Below, piece by piece: positions 41,279 to 51,158 of a stretch of 56,582 bases of DNA. How positions within the stretch are numbered: position 1 is the first letter of the stretch; every line of letters starts with the position of its first letter. Below the pieces are notes generated by a model, which did no database searches, was not told where the DNA came from, and was given only the letters and a program-made list of their open reading frames with translations. Source of the stretch: Fibrobacteria bacterium (GTDB taxonomy: Bacteria > Fibrobacterota > Fibrobacteria > UBA11236); contig JAYTHY010000114.1 of NCBI GenBank assembly GCA_043732185.1, positions 1-56,582 of the forward strand. Direction: 5' to 3'. The translations under genes were made by a program, and so were the position numbers.

Positions 41279-43012
41279 TCAATGCATTTTGAGCGCCATG
41301 AAAAACCGGAAGACGGCTTCAGCCAAATCCTTGGGTTCGCCAATGACATCATAACTTCGGGGCGAAAACATGGCAGGGAAGTACTCGCGGGCACGGTGAT
41401 CCACGGCAAAGGCATGGGTCAGAATTCCCCTGTCCTTGGCTTCATTAAAAGCCTTTTTGACATCCTGAATTCCATATCGCCCTTCATAAGTGTCGTAGTC
41501 GCAAGGTTTGCCGTCGCCGATAAGCAGCATGGCCTTCTTTCTGGCATTGCGTCCTTCCAAAATTCGGGTAGCATGGCGAACGGCAGGGCCCATGCGCGTA
41601 TAACCCTGGGGGCTAAGGGAGCCAAGCTTGGAAATAGACTCGCTCCAGGGTGTATCAAAATCCTTAATCGGAAAATAGCGGCAGGCGCGCCGGGTATCGG
41701 AAGCGAATCCGGCGATGGCAAAACCATGGGTATAGGCCTCAAGCGCTTCACCCAGGCAGAACAGGGCTCCCCGCAAGGTTTCCAAAACATGTTCTCCCTT
41801 TACCCAGGCGTCAGTGGAATCGCTTAGATCCACCAGGATTAGGGTGGCGACATCGGAGAGATCCCGGCGGCGGTGTGTGTAAATGTTTTCAGATGGCGCG
41901 CTCCCGCTTCGCATGGAGATGCGCGCATCGATAACGGCCTCCAGGTCGAACTCATCTCCCGAGGGTTGCGCGCGGGCCCGCAGATAGTCGGTGGAAAATT
42001 GTTCCAGCTTGCGCTTTAAGGCCTGTATACGTGCTTTGTGTTTGATCCGGGCGGAATCGGCCCAGGAATCGTCTCGGCTTTCGAAATCGGTAACTTGAAC
42101 CCAGCACCAATCCGGTTTGTAGTCCCGCTTACGGAAATCCCATTCCGGATAGGGGATTCCTTTTGAGGGTGACTTGGAATTGGATTCCAACTCAAAGGGC
42201 GAGAGGAGGATGTCGGCGCGATACAGTCCAGAAGCCCTATCCTTGGATCGGATGACATGCCGCATTTCCAATTCATCCAGGGCTTCTTGGTGCTCTTTGA
42301 GATCGTCTGCGCCGTCCAGCTGTCGATCCAGACCTTCGAATTCTTCCAAAGTCTCGACCTTTTCAAAGGTGTGTTGTGGAACGTCCGGCGCTTTCAAATC
42401 CTCGCCGGCTAAAACCTCAACTTGGGTCTGGCCTTTGCCTTCGATTTCCGTGGTGATCGAATCGTTGGAAGCTGGAGAATCCGCGTCGCCCTCGGAATCC
42501 CGTCCGTCCTTATCGTCCCAGGCCTGGACTTCGGTGGACATCAACCCCTTGCGAATATTGCCGAAGTGAAGTTCAAAAGGAAAGTCCTCGGGAAGGGCCT
42601 CCTTTTGCACTTGCAGTTTTTCATAAAGACCGGGGAATTCCTTTGCAAGGAGGCGGGTCAAATATCCCAGGCATTCCACTGGGTTACGGCCATCCAACGC
42701 CTCCTGTTCCCGCAAGGAAAGCGAACCCAGTCCTGCCTTTAACCGGTAATAATCCCGGTTCAAATTTTCGTCGACATGCAGGGCGCATTTCGGCGGCAGG
42801 CATAGGCGGTCGCCGACCCGGAGCAAGGGTTCATCGGTTTCGAAAAGGGAAAGCCGCTGCCCGGCCAATAAATGCGCGAAATAGAAAAGCTCCATGCGGA
42901 GCGGGGCAAGGGCCACTTCCGCGGCCAGAAAAGGCTTGCGTCGTGGCCGGATCCAAAGGGCATTTACCAGGGCCCGTCCGCCGCGAAATAATCCCTCTTC
43001 CCATTCGAGCAT
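41279..43012 (-). CDS. norD: Nitric oxide reductase activation protein NorD (VWA)
   Basis: YPEWD, MIDAS DLSDS, YTRMGPAVRHA, GDGKP.D, YEGRYGIQD; follows norQ. Confidence 0.92.
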   Translation of the reverse strand: MLEWEEGLFRGGRALVNALWIRPRRKPFLAAEVALAPLRMELFYFAHLLAGQRLSLFETDEPLLRVGDRLCLPPKCALHVDENLNRDYYRLKAGLGSLSLREQEALDGRNPVECLGYLTRLLAKEFPGLYEKLQVQKEALPEDFPFELHFGNIRKGLMSTEVQAWDDKDGRDSEGDADSPASNDSITTEIEGKGQTQVEVLAGEDLKAPDVPQHTFEKVETLEEFEGLDRQLDGADDLKEHQEALDELEMRHVIRSKDRASGLYRADILLSPFELESNSKSPSKGIPYPEWDFRKRDYKPDWCWVQVTDFESRDDSWADSARIKHKARIQALKRKLEQFSTDYLRARAQPSGDEFDLEAVIDARISMRSGSAPSENIYTHRRRDLSDVATLILVDLSDSTDAWVKGEHVLETLRGALFCLGEALEAYTHGFAIAGFASDTRRACRYFPIKDFDTPWSESISKLGSLSPQGYTRMGPAVRHATRILEGRNARKKAMLLIGDGKPCDYDTYEGRYGIQDVKKAFNEAKDRGILTHAFAVDHRAREYFPAMFSPRSYDVIGEPKDLAEAVFRFFMALKMH

Positions 43013-43044
43013 AAGGCGTTTACTTCACTCCCGATGCTTCCGGT

Positions 43045-43824
43045 TCAAATGGAAATATCAATAAGCTGTTTCAATGCCGCCAACGCATCCGCATCATCCG
43101 TTAAGGGCTCGGCCATGGCGGTATAACAGGCCAGGCGCGGTGGGAGTCCTCCCCGGATTAGCAATCCAGCTGCGATTAACAAACGCGTGCTGGCTGATTC
43201 CATCAGGGAAAGTTCCTTCAGCCCACGGATTTTCCTTCCGATTTTCACCAGTTTTTTTGCGGTTTTGGGTTCAATGCCCGATTCCTTTTCGATGATGTCC
43301 GATTCCTGATCCTCGCTGGGATAGGCAAAGGTCAAGCCCACAAAGCGCTGGCGTGTGGAGGGTTTGAGCTCACGCAGGCTTTTCTGGTAGCCGGGATTAT
43401 ACGAGACGACCAGCATGAATCCCTCCGCGGCCCGAAGGGTTTCACCGGTGCGGTCCAGGAACAATTCCCGGCGGTAATCGGTGAGCGGGTGGATGGCCAC
43501 CATGGCATCGGCGCGCGCCTCGGCGATTTCATCCAAATAAACGATAGCGGTTTCGCGGACTCCCCGGGTCAAGGGGCCGTCACACCATTCCGTATCTCCG
43601 CCCTTGAAAAGATGCCGTCCCAATAAATCCGTGGCCGTGGTATCCTCATTGCAGGATATGGTTATCAAGGGCCGCTCCAATTTGGCGGCCATATATTCCA
43701 CGAACCGCGTTTTGCCACATCCCGTTGGACCTTTCAGCATCACCGGAAGTTTATTCCGGTAGGCGGACATGAAAACGTCCTCCTCATGATCGGTCGGCAG
43801 GTAGAACGGCAAGAGCTGATTCAT
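43045..43824 (-). CDS. norQ: CbbQ/NirQ/NorQ MoxR AAA+ ATPase
   Basis: GPTGCGKTRFVEYMA, YLDEIAEAR, SYNPGYQ, LKPSTRQRF, STRLL. Start set at ATG 43824 (ATGA overlap with norB stop). Confidence 0.95.
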   Translation of the reverse strand: MNQLLPFYLPTDHEEDVFMSAYRNKLPVMLKGPTGCGKTRFVEYMAAKLERPLITISCNEDTTATDLLGRHLFKGGDTEWCDGPLTRGVRETAIVYLDEIAEARADAMVAIHPLTDYRRELFLDRTGETLRAAEGFMLVVSYNPGYQKSLRELKPSTRQRFVGLTFAYPSEDQESDIIEKESGIEPKTAKKLVKIGRKIRGLKELSLMESASTRLLIAAGLLIRGGLPPRLACYTAMAEPLTDDADALAALKQLIDISI

Positions 43825-45149
43825 TTTGCTCCGTCCCATTTGGGCGTGCCGTAGCGGATGAAATTGAGTACGAACAGGAAGATGCCGGTGCTGAACAAGG
43901 TCGCAGCCAGCACCATGCCGATGAAATGCACTTCGATTTCCCTTTGCACGGTCATGAAATCCAGCCCCATGCGACGCTCGAGCACCACCTGACTCACGCC
44001 GGCTACAGCGAGCGCCCCGGTCATGGCGATCATGCCGACATTGGAAAACCAGAAGGCCCATTGCGAACCGGCCGTATCGAAAAGTTTACGACCCGTAAGC
44101 AAAGGCATGGCATAAGTCATCATGGCCAGATTGATGCAGGCATAGGCTCCCCAAAAGGCCAAATGCCCATGCATGGCGGTTACCAGGGTCCCGTGTGTAT
44201 AGAGGTTCACGCCGGGAATGGTATGGGCGATGCCCAGAAATCCCGCGCCCAGGAAGGAGAGAATGGCGCACGCTAAGGTCCAGCTCAGGGCCAGCCTGTT
44301 CTCATGCTTCCGTTCACCCTTGCGCACCATGGTCACGGCGGCGATGGCCATAGCTAGGAAAGCCACGGGCTCCAGAGCGGAAAAAACACCGCCGATAATC
44401 AGCCAGTAACGAGGTGTACCGATATAGTAGTAGTGATGGCCGGTGCCCAGTATGCCCGAGACGAAGGTTAGCCCTACAATGACATACAGCCATTTTTCGA
44501 CAACCTCCCGATCCACGCCGGTCAGTTTAATCAGCAGGTAGCAGAGGATGCCGCCCATGATCAATTCCCAAACGCCTTCCACCCAAAGATGCACCACCCA
44601 CCAGCGGTAGAAGGAATCGCGCGTCTGGTTGTCGAAATCTATCATGCCGGGAAGATAAAGCAGCGCCGCGAAAAGCAAGCCCATATACAGGACCAAGGCC
44701 GTGCTTGTGAAACGTTTGCCTTTGAAAATGGTCATTCCGATATTTAGAAGGAAGGCCAGGATGTCTATTACGACGAGGTAATCCAAGGGCCGGGGGATTT
44801 CCAAAAATTTCCGACCTTCCCACCAGTTCAGGTGGAATCCTATCACAGCAGTTACGCCCACAATAATCAAGGCGATCAATTGGACAATAGCCAGCTTCGG
44901 CGACCAGAGCTCCCGGTCACTTTCCTCCGGAATCATGAAATAGGCTGACCCCATGAATCCGGTAATCAACCAGACCACCAGCAGGTTGGTATGCACGGCG
45001 CGGGCCGTATTGAAGGCGATCCAGGGATGCAAGACATCGTACCCGATATGCGCGAAGGCCATGATGAAACCATAGACGATTTGCAAGCTGAATAAAAGCA
45101 AGGCGGTTGCGAAATACCAGTATGCTATTTGTTGCGATTTGAATTTCAT
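43821..45149 (-). CDS. norB: Cytochrome c-dependent nitric oxide reductase large subunit
   Basis: FNTARAVHTN, WEGRKFLE, VVHLWVEGVWELI, GTGHHYY, SALEP, HGHLAF. Start set at ATG 45149 (ATGA overlap with norC stop). Confidence 0.96.
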   Translation of the reverse strand: MKFKSQQIAYWYFATALLLFSLQIVYGFIMAFAHIGYDVLHPWIAFNTARAVHTNLLVVWLITGFMGSAYFMIPEESDRELWSPKLAIVQLIALIIVGVTAVIGFHLNWWEGRKFLEIPRPLDYLVVIDILAFLLNIGMTIFKGKRFTSTALVLYMGLLFAALLYLPGMIDFDNQTRDSFYRWWVVHLWVEGVWELIMGGILCYLLIKLTGVDREVVEKWLYVIVGLTFVSGILGTGHHYYYIGTPRYWLIIGGVFSALEPVAFLAMAIAAVTMVRKGERKHENRLALSWTLACAILSFLGAGFLGIAHTIPGVNLYTHGTLVTAMHGHLAFWGAYACINLAMMTYAMPLLTGRKLFDTAGSQWAFWFSNVGMIAMTGALAVAGVSQVVLERRMGLDFMTVQREIEVHFIGMVLAATLFSTGIFLFVLNFIRYGTPKWDGAK

Positions 45150-45856
45150 TGGGCACCTCCGAAGGATGAGAGATAGTCGGCTAGGCTGTCGATTTGTTCC
45201 GGAGCCAAAGGCAGTTTGGGCATCAGTGTACCGGGTTTGACCTTGGCAGGGTCGGTGATCCATACGACCATTTCGTCTCTGGTTTTGCGTGCAAAAACCG
45301 AATCCAAAGCGGGACCGACTATACCGCCTTGTCCGCCCAGGGAATGACAGGCCGTGCATAGGGCCTGAAAGATGGCGGGCTGGGGTTTGGTGCTAACCGG
45401 GTGGGTGACCGCTGCGGTCACGGGCTTGCTTAATAAGTCTCGCAGCGGTGGTTTGGCCGGAAAACCATTGAGATCCACTTGACCGCACCATTTCAAGAAA
45501 GCGATGACGTCCTCAATCTGGGCCTCATTGAAATGATAGTTGACCATTTTCCTTTGTCCGGGAAACATGGCCTCCGGATCCTTTAGGAAAACCTTTAACC
45601 AGGGCTCACCACGTCGGTCATAGACTTTTGTCAGCTCGGGTGCATAATAGGCGCCTTCGCCGAAAAGAGTGTGGCAGCCCATGCAATTGTTTTTCTCCCA
45701 AATCTTTTTACCGCGTACGACCTGGGCCGTCATCTTGTCTTCATGGGTCCGAGCGGGAATCTGTTTCATCGAATCCACGGTAAGGGCGATGAAGATGGCG
45801 CCGAATATGGCGGTGCCTCCGAAAAAAAAGGCTTTCGCCTGTGATTTACTGAGCAT
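45146..45856 (-). CDS. norC: Nitric oxide reductase cytochrome c subunit, di-haem form
   Basis: N-terminal TM; CMGCHTLFGEGAYYAPEL; second domain CTACH..VGPAL..PGTLMP. Confidence 0.93.
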   Translation of the reverse strand: MLSKSQAKAFFFGGTAIFGAIFIALTVDSMKQIPARTHEDKMTAQVVRGKKIWEKNNCMGCHTLFGEGAYYAPELTKVYDRRGEPWLKVFLKDPEAMFPGQRKMVNYHFNEAQIEDVIAFLKWCGQVDLNGFPAKPPLRDLLSKPVTAAVTHPVSTKPQPAIFQALCTACHSLGGQGGIVGPALDSVFARKTRDEMVVWITDPAKVKPGTLMPKLPLAPEQIDSLADYLSSFGGAQ

Positions 45857-45985
45857 GTCGACTCCTATTCAAATTCATGTGATGGCCTTCCAGGGGTGAC
45901 GGGGATGGGTATTTACAGAACGGGTTTCAATGAACATGTATCCCCATAATAGGCATACTATACCCAGCCTACTACACTTATTCTC

Positions 45986-46095
45986 TGTCAAAAAGACAAA
46001 GCCTAAGCCAAGAAATGAATCTGGTTAAAGTCGAAAACTAGCTTATCGAAGAAAAAATAGCCGTTTCCTGCCTCACGTATTTGTCAAATTGACAA
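45986..46095. promoter_or_regulatory. Two TGTC-N5-GACA inverted repeats upstream of norC
   Basis: TGTCAAAAAGACA at 45986-45998 and TTGTCAAATTGACAA at 46081-46095. Confidence 0.5.
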
Positions 46096-46376
46096 TCGAG
46101 TAAATTGAATAAAGGCTGTGGCTGCAAATCTCAGCCCACGTGTGGAGGCATTTGCTCCACGCAGCGGTTGAACATAATCGTCTCGTTTAGGCTAACCATT
46201 CAAAATTTTGAAATTTATTCACTACACTTTGAACTGGTCAAACTGAAATCAAAACTGAGTGATAAAGAATGAAACCGAAATTGAATATTGGCTAATGAAT
46301 GAGGATGCTGCCTCGGGAAGCTTCGTCCCAGGTCCCAAAATAAAGCGTTAGCGGACCTTTCAGGACGGGTTTTAAT

Positions 46377-47090
46377 CTAGTGTATGAATATGCGTTTGGT
46401 AAGAACTGAACCCGCCGAATGAACCGTTACAAAGTACAGACCTTCATTTAGTTTAAACTCACTCTGAGCGGAAGCCTTTCCACTTGCGATCCATTTACCG
46501 CCCACATCACGGATTCGAAAGCTATGGCTTTTTGCCGTATTAATTTCAACAAAAGATCCCGTAGTTGAAATTTTTGGCTTGTGGATAGCAACCGGTTGGT
46601 TAAAGTCTCCAACTAAGTACTTCATATAGGCCCATGTTGCCTTCGTGAACCATGCATTGTTTTCTGTCCACTCTTCAGAGCTATGGCCCAAGGCCGAATA
46701 CATCATTTTTCCGTCATTCATCCCACATACGACCTAGTGCAAGATCTTTTTTGGTTTCTGTCGATGTATCCGTAAAGACATCAAACCCAACACAATTCAA
46801 ATGGTATTCGAGTTTTGCACCACTATATAAAGCACTGTCATACCAAGCCCATTGATCTCGATGATCAATCGCACCGTGAATTCCCAGATATTTTCCACCG
46901 TTATTCATATAGTCCATAAGTGCCTGCTGAGGCGCGGTGGTTACTGTACCGCCAACGCCACCTGCATCAGAATTATTATCATACACGACTAAGTCATAGA
47001 ACTTCAGATTAAGCAAATCATTAGGATTATCGGAATGTTAAAATCTTTACGTCCAATATCCACAAGCTAAGGATTCGGATTCATCCAGAC
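46377..47090 (-). pseudogene. Secreted ThuA-domain protein remnant with T9SS-like CTD
   Basis: YDLVVYDNNS, QQAL..GGKYLGIHGA.D..W.WY; frame switch near 46718 to GKMMYSALGH; C-tail GLYFVTV..TKRIFIH; 5' end decayed. Confidence 0.75.
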
Positions 47091-47247
47091 TGCATGGAAG
47101 GAGCAAAAAATAGACCATTTCGATTGTGCGCCAACAGTCCGTAATTTGGGTCGCTGACCGTCTTGTCGAAGAGTGCTCCTCGTCAGGAGAAGAGAATGGG
47201 AAAGCCTTTCAAGAATTTCGTTATTGGGGAAATGTTGAATCCTTGGA

Positions 47248-47307
47248 TCTGGACGAAGTTGTTGCTTGGGTAACCACTCTGGACGAAGTTGTTGCTTGGG
47301 TAACCAC
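47248..47307. repeat. Exact 30-bp tandem duplication
   Basis: TCTGGACGAAGTTGTTGCTTGGGTAACCAC x2 with no spacer. Confidence 0.95.
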
Positions 47308-47350
47308 CTTACGCCCCTCTATCACCCATTAGATTTCCTATCCTTATTAA

Positions 47351-48622
47351 ATGACCACAAAATCTAATTCTCCCGCGCATATCCTATTCGCCAGCCTGAT
47401 TGGCACGGCCATTGAATTCTTCGACTTCTACATCTACGCCACCGCCGCCGTCCTAGTTTTTCCACATTTATTCTTTCCCAAATCCGATCCCACCACGGCA
47501 ACCTTGCAATCCCTGGCAACCTTCGCGCTCGCCTTCTTTGCCCGCCCGGTGGGCTCAGCGTTGTTCGGTCATTTTGGCGATCGTGTTGGCCGCAAAGCAA
47601 CCTTAGTAGCGGCGCTACTTACCATGGGTCTATCCACCGTGGTTATCGGTTTATTGCCCACCTATGATCAGATTGGAATATGGGCCCCGACCCTATTGGC
47701 CCTGTGTCGTTTTGGACAAGGCTTAGGATTGGGAGGAGAATGGGGCGGTGCGGTTCTTTTGGCTACCGAAAATGCTCCGCCAGGGAAACGCGCATGGTAC
47801 GGTATGTTTCCACAATTGGGAGCACCCATCGGTTTCATTCTTTCAAACGGAATCTTTCTGGCGCTCAGCCGATTCCTGAGTGACGCTCAATTTTTCGCAT
47901 TCGGTTGGCGCATTCCTTTTCTAGCCAGCGCCTTGCTGGTTTTGGTCGGACTCTATGTGCGTCTACGTTTGGAGGAAACACCCGTATTTCGGAAGTCCAT
48001 GGAAAAACATGAACGCGTAAGCATGCCTATTCTGGAACTCTTCAAATCCCACGGATCGACTATAGTCTTGGGAACTATGCTGGCCTTGACGGTATTCGTG
48101 AACTTTTACTTGATGACGGTATTCACCTTGACCTGGGGAACGAAATCCTTGGGTTATTCCCGCAATTCATTTTTACTGATGCAGATGTTCGGCGTAGTTT
48201 TTTTCGGACTAACCATTCCCGTTGCCAGTTGGTTGGCGGATAAGTATGGCCGTCGGATTACGCAAATGGTGATCATGGTTGCGATTATTCTTTTCGGGCT
48301 TGGCTTCGGAGCCTTGTTCGGATCGGGGAGCACGCCCTTGGTGGTGCTGTCATTGGCCCTGGGATTGGGATTAATGGGATTGTGCTACGGGCCCTTGGGA
48401 GCAATCCTATCGGAATTATTTCCTACAAAAGTGCGTTATACCGGGGCGTCATTGACCTTTAATCTTGCCGGGATTTTTGGAGCTTCTTTGGCACCCTATG
48501 CGGCGACTTATTTGGCGACGAATTATGGGCTGCGTTTTGTGGGCTATTATTTGTCGGCGGCTGCGGCGATTACCTTGTTTGCGCTGATACTATTGCGGGA
48601 AACGCGGGACGAAAGTTTGTAG
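47351..48622 (+). CDS. MFS transporter, metabolite:H+ symporter (MHS; ShiA/YhjE-like)
   Basis: GTAIEFFDFYIY, ARPVG..GDRVGRK, GGEWGGAVL, GWRIPFL, ETPVF, ELFPTKVRYTG. Confidence 0.93.
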   Translation: MTTKSNSPAHILFASLIGTAIEFFDFYIYATAAVLVFPHLFFPKSDPTTATLQSLATFALAFFARPVGSALFGHFGDRVGRKATLVAALLTMGLSTVVIGLLPTYDQIGIWAPTLLALCRFGQGLGLGGEWGGAVLLATENAPPGKRAWYGMFPQLGAPIGFILSNGIFLALSRFLSDAQFFAFGWRIPFLASALLVLVGLYVRLRLEETPVFRKSMEKHERVSMPILELFKSHGSTIVLGTMLALTVFVNFYLMTVFTLTWGTKSLGYSRNSFLLMQMFGVVFFGLTIPVASWLADKYGRRITQMVIMVAIILFGLGFGALFGSGSTPLVVLSLALGLGLMGLCYGPLGAILSELFPTKVRYTGASLTFNLAGIFGASLAPYAATYLATNYGLRFVGYYLSAAAAITLFALILLRETRDESL

Positions 48623-48650
48623 CGGCCAGTCCCTGAGGGTCTAAATTTTT

Positions 48651-48730
48651 TTACAATAAAACGGCCATTGCCAATTCCGCCGACAATCCTTTCATAATTA
48701 TGCGCCCAGTTTCCAGCACATAAGCCTTTT
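48651..48730 (-). pseudogene. LivF-like ABC ATPase 3' remnant
   Basis: KAYVLETGRIIMKGLSAELA resembles the LivF C-terminus; no upstream coding sequence. Confidence 0.5.
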
Positions 48731-48853
48731 GCGGGGGAAGTCTCCCCCTCGCTCCAGCCCTGCCTGTGGTACTCCTGAAGGGGGCTTCCGCTACCCCCTC
48801 TCCGGGGCCCCCCGTTTCTAAGACACTCCCCGGACCCCTCAGAAATATATTGC

Positions 48854-48895
48854 GCAATCGATTGATTGCATGTATATTTGCTACCATACGGTTGC
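48854..48895. promoter_or_regulatory. Tandem 6-4-6 palindromic operators for the ArsR regulator
   Basis: GCAATC-GATT-GATTGC (48854-48869) and GCTACC-ATAC-GGTTGC (48880-48895). Confidence 0.7.
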
Positions 48896-48916
48896 TTATT
48901 ATCCTCCGGGAGTCTG

Positions 48917-49237
48917 ATGAGAAGAGACATTTTCCAAGCCATCGCCGATCCTACCCGTCGCGCCATTGTCATGCTCTTGGCCGTGCAGGCGATGACTCCC
49001 AATGCCATGGCCGAACACTTCGACACTAGCCGGCAGGCTGTTTCGAAGCATATTCGGATCCTAGTCGAATGCGATCTGCTGGCGCAGCAACAGCATGGAC
49101 GGGAAATTCAATACCATTTAAGGACCGGCAAAATGCGTGAAGTCGAGAAATGGCTGGAGCAGTTCAAGGCCTTGATGGCCAAACGATTCACTCAACTGGA
49201 CGAAGTATTAACCCAATTGAATGCGAGGAAGAAATGA
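48917..49237 (+). CDS. ArsR/SmtB family regulator
   Basis: MRRDIFQAIADPTRR..SRQAVSKHIRIL..GRE; start set at ATG 48917. Confidence 0.93.
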   Translation: MRRDIFQAIADPTRRAIVMLLAVQAMTPNAMAEHFDTSRQAVSKHIRILVECDLLAQQQHGREIQYHLRTGKMREVEKWLEQFKALMAKRFTQLDEVLTQLNARKK

Positions 49238-49746
49238 CCCAAGGCAAGATTTTCAATTTCACGTTGGACAAGGATAACTTGATTGTCAAAGTAGAGCGCT
49301 CCTTCGATGCCCCGCTCGACTTGGTCTGGGCGGCCTGGACCGAGGCCGAAATCCTCGACCAATGGTGGGCGCCCAAACCCTGGAAAGCGGAAACCAAAAC
49401 CATGGATTTTTCAGTAGGCGGCAAATGGCTATATGCCATGGTCGGTCCCCAGGGTGAGAAGCATTGGGACTTAAAAAATTTCTCGCAAATCGCCACAGGG
49501 AAAAGCTTCACCTACCGGAGCCTCTTTGGCGATGAAAACGGAAATGTGAATCCGGCCACTACGGGGTCGGTGTGGGTCAATTCCTTCACTGAAAGCAATG
49601 GCATTACGGTGGTTACCAATATCATCCGCGTCGATTCGCTCGCGCACCTCGAAACCTTTATCAAGATGGGATTCAAGGAAGGCTTTACGGCAGGTCTGGG
49701 CCAACTGGAAGATTTGCTGATACATCTTCAGAACCAAAGGAAATAG
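49234..49746 (+). CDS. SRPBCC/AHSA1 domain protein
   Basis: VERSFDAP.DLVW.AWT..LDQWWAPKPW..GGKWLYAM..MGFKEG; ATGA-coupled to arsR. Confidence 0.92.
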   Translation: MTQGKIFNFTLDKDNLIVKVERSFDAPLDLVWAAWTEAEILDQWWAPKPWKAETKTMDFSVGGKWLYAMVGPQGEKHWDLKNFSQIATGKSFTYRSLFGDENGNVNPATTGSVWVNSFTESNGITVVTNIIRVDSLAHLETFIKMGFKEGFTAGLGQLEDLLIHLQNQRK

Positions 49747-49817
49747 GCCTTATCGAAAACATCCGGCGGAGGGTCTCGGTGGTTATTCTTATTTGAGTAT
49801 GGCCTTACCCAGGATTA

Positions 49818-50282
49818 TTCACCCATTGGGATTCGAAGATCCTCAAGAAAAAAGCCTACCTTCTCAGTCCAGGCGACATCTGCCAGGAAACGGCCTATGT
49901 AAACCGTGGCTGCTTTCGCCGATATCAAAGCATTGAAAGTGCCAAAGAGAGCATTCTGAATTTCGCTACCGAAGATTGGTGGGTGGGGGCTTTGGAAGAC
50001 TCCGAGGTGCTTACACTTTCCCGTCAAAACTATTTGCGAGTCATAGAGATCTTCCCCAAGTATAAAGCAGTTCATGAAGAAAAAATTCAGCTGACATTTT
50101 TCGCCACGCTCAATCGTGCAACGACGGTAAAAGTGGAATCGCCGGAAGAAAAGTATTTGCAGTTGGCCAAGGAGCAACCCGATCTGTTTCAAAGGATTCC
50201 CTTACACTATATCGCCTCTTATTTGGGGATTGAACCGGAATCCCTAAGCCGCCTCCGGAAAAGATTGACCATTAAGTCCTAA
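49818..50282 (+). pseudogene. Crp/Fnr-family (cNMP-binding) regulator, 5'-truncated with internal deletion
   Basis: Open frame LL.PGDIC..YVNRGCFR..FATEDWWVG|ALEDS..RIPLHYIASYLGIEPESLSRLRK; no start codon. Confidence 0.75.
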
Positions 50283-50405
50283 AAATCTTAACCCAAGTCA
50301 ATGAAATCCTAGGTAACGGAGGACTACATTCTCTGTATGCCTTTCACATACGGAGAATGATATGGAATCCAGGACACTCACCCCGCAATCCCCGGCATCG
50401 CAAAA

Positions 50406-51010
50406 GTGGTTTCGCAACATGCGATGCGCCCCGTCGCTTTCGACGCCGAGGTGGGAGAACGCTTGCCTGCCTGGGTTGATGCCATGCCCTCGGTTCCGAC
50501 CGTTTATATTACCATGGGAACACTTTTCAATGATACTCGGCCTTTGTTTCGGACCATACTCGAAGGATTGCGCGACGAACCCATTAATATCATCGTGACC
50601 CTAGGCAAGAATGGTGACCCGGCCGTATTTGGTCCCCAGCCAAGGAATGTCCATATCGAACGCTATTTGCCGCAAACGCTTTTGTTCCCGCGCTGCGATG
50701 CGGTAGTTAGTCACGGTGGCTCCGGGACCATGCTCAGCGCTCTATCGGTAGGCATCCCGCTTTTATCGATACCACAAGGCGCGGACCAATTCCGCAATGC
50801 GGAACGCTGCAGTTCAGCGGGTGTTGGAAAAACCCTTATGCCGAATGAAGCATCCGCCGAAGCGGTGCGACGCAATGTGCGGACCTTGCTCGATAATCCT
50901 GGCTTCCGGGAGAGCGCAAAAAGCTAAGCCAAGAAATTGACTCCATGCCAACGCCTTCGGATGTAGTTGCCGTGTTTGCACAACTAGTAATGGATCAGAT
51001 AAAAGTTTAA
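50406..51010 (+). pseudogene. GT1 (EryCIII/MGT-like) glycosyltransferase C-terminal remnant
   Basis: VYITMGT, NVHIERYLPQ, HGGSGT, PQGADQF.NA; frameshift in an A-run near 50920 into LSQEIDSMPTP; N-terminal half absent. Confidence 0.8.
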
Positions 51011-51158
51011 AGTCGCAGACTTCGCTTTCGTACACGCAGCGGAGGCGAGTGAAGAATTTGAAAAAAGCTTAAAAAACATACAGGCCTAGGCCGATCCAGG
51101 GAAGTGGAAGAAAAGTCGCATCTTTTGGATGAGGTCCATGTTGGGCTTTTTCGTAGCT

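Noticed and set aside
43825..45359. Long N-terminal extensions of norQ (to 44061) and norB (to 45359) in the ORF track
   Set aside because: They overlap the upstream genes; ATGA-coupled starts at 43824 and 45149 give normal proteins
45950..45970. Sigma54 promoter for norC (TGGGTATAGTATGC)
   Set aside because: GG-to-GC spacing is 9, not the required 10
47248..47307. 30-bp repeat as a CRISPR array
   Set aside because: Only two copies, no spacer, no cas genes
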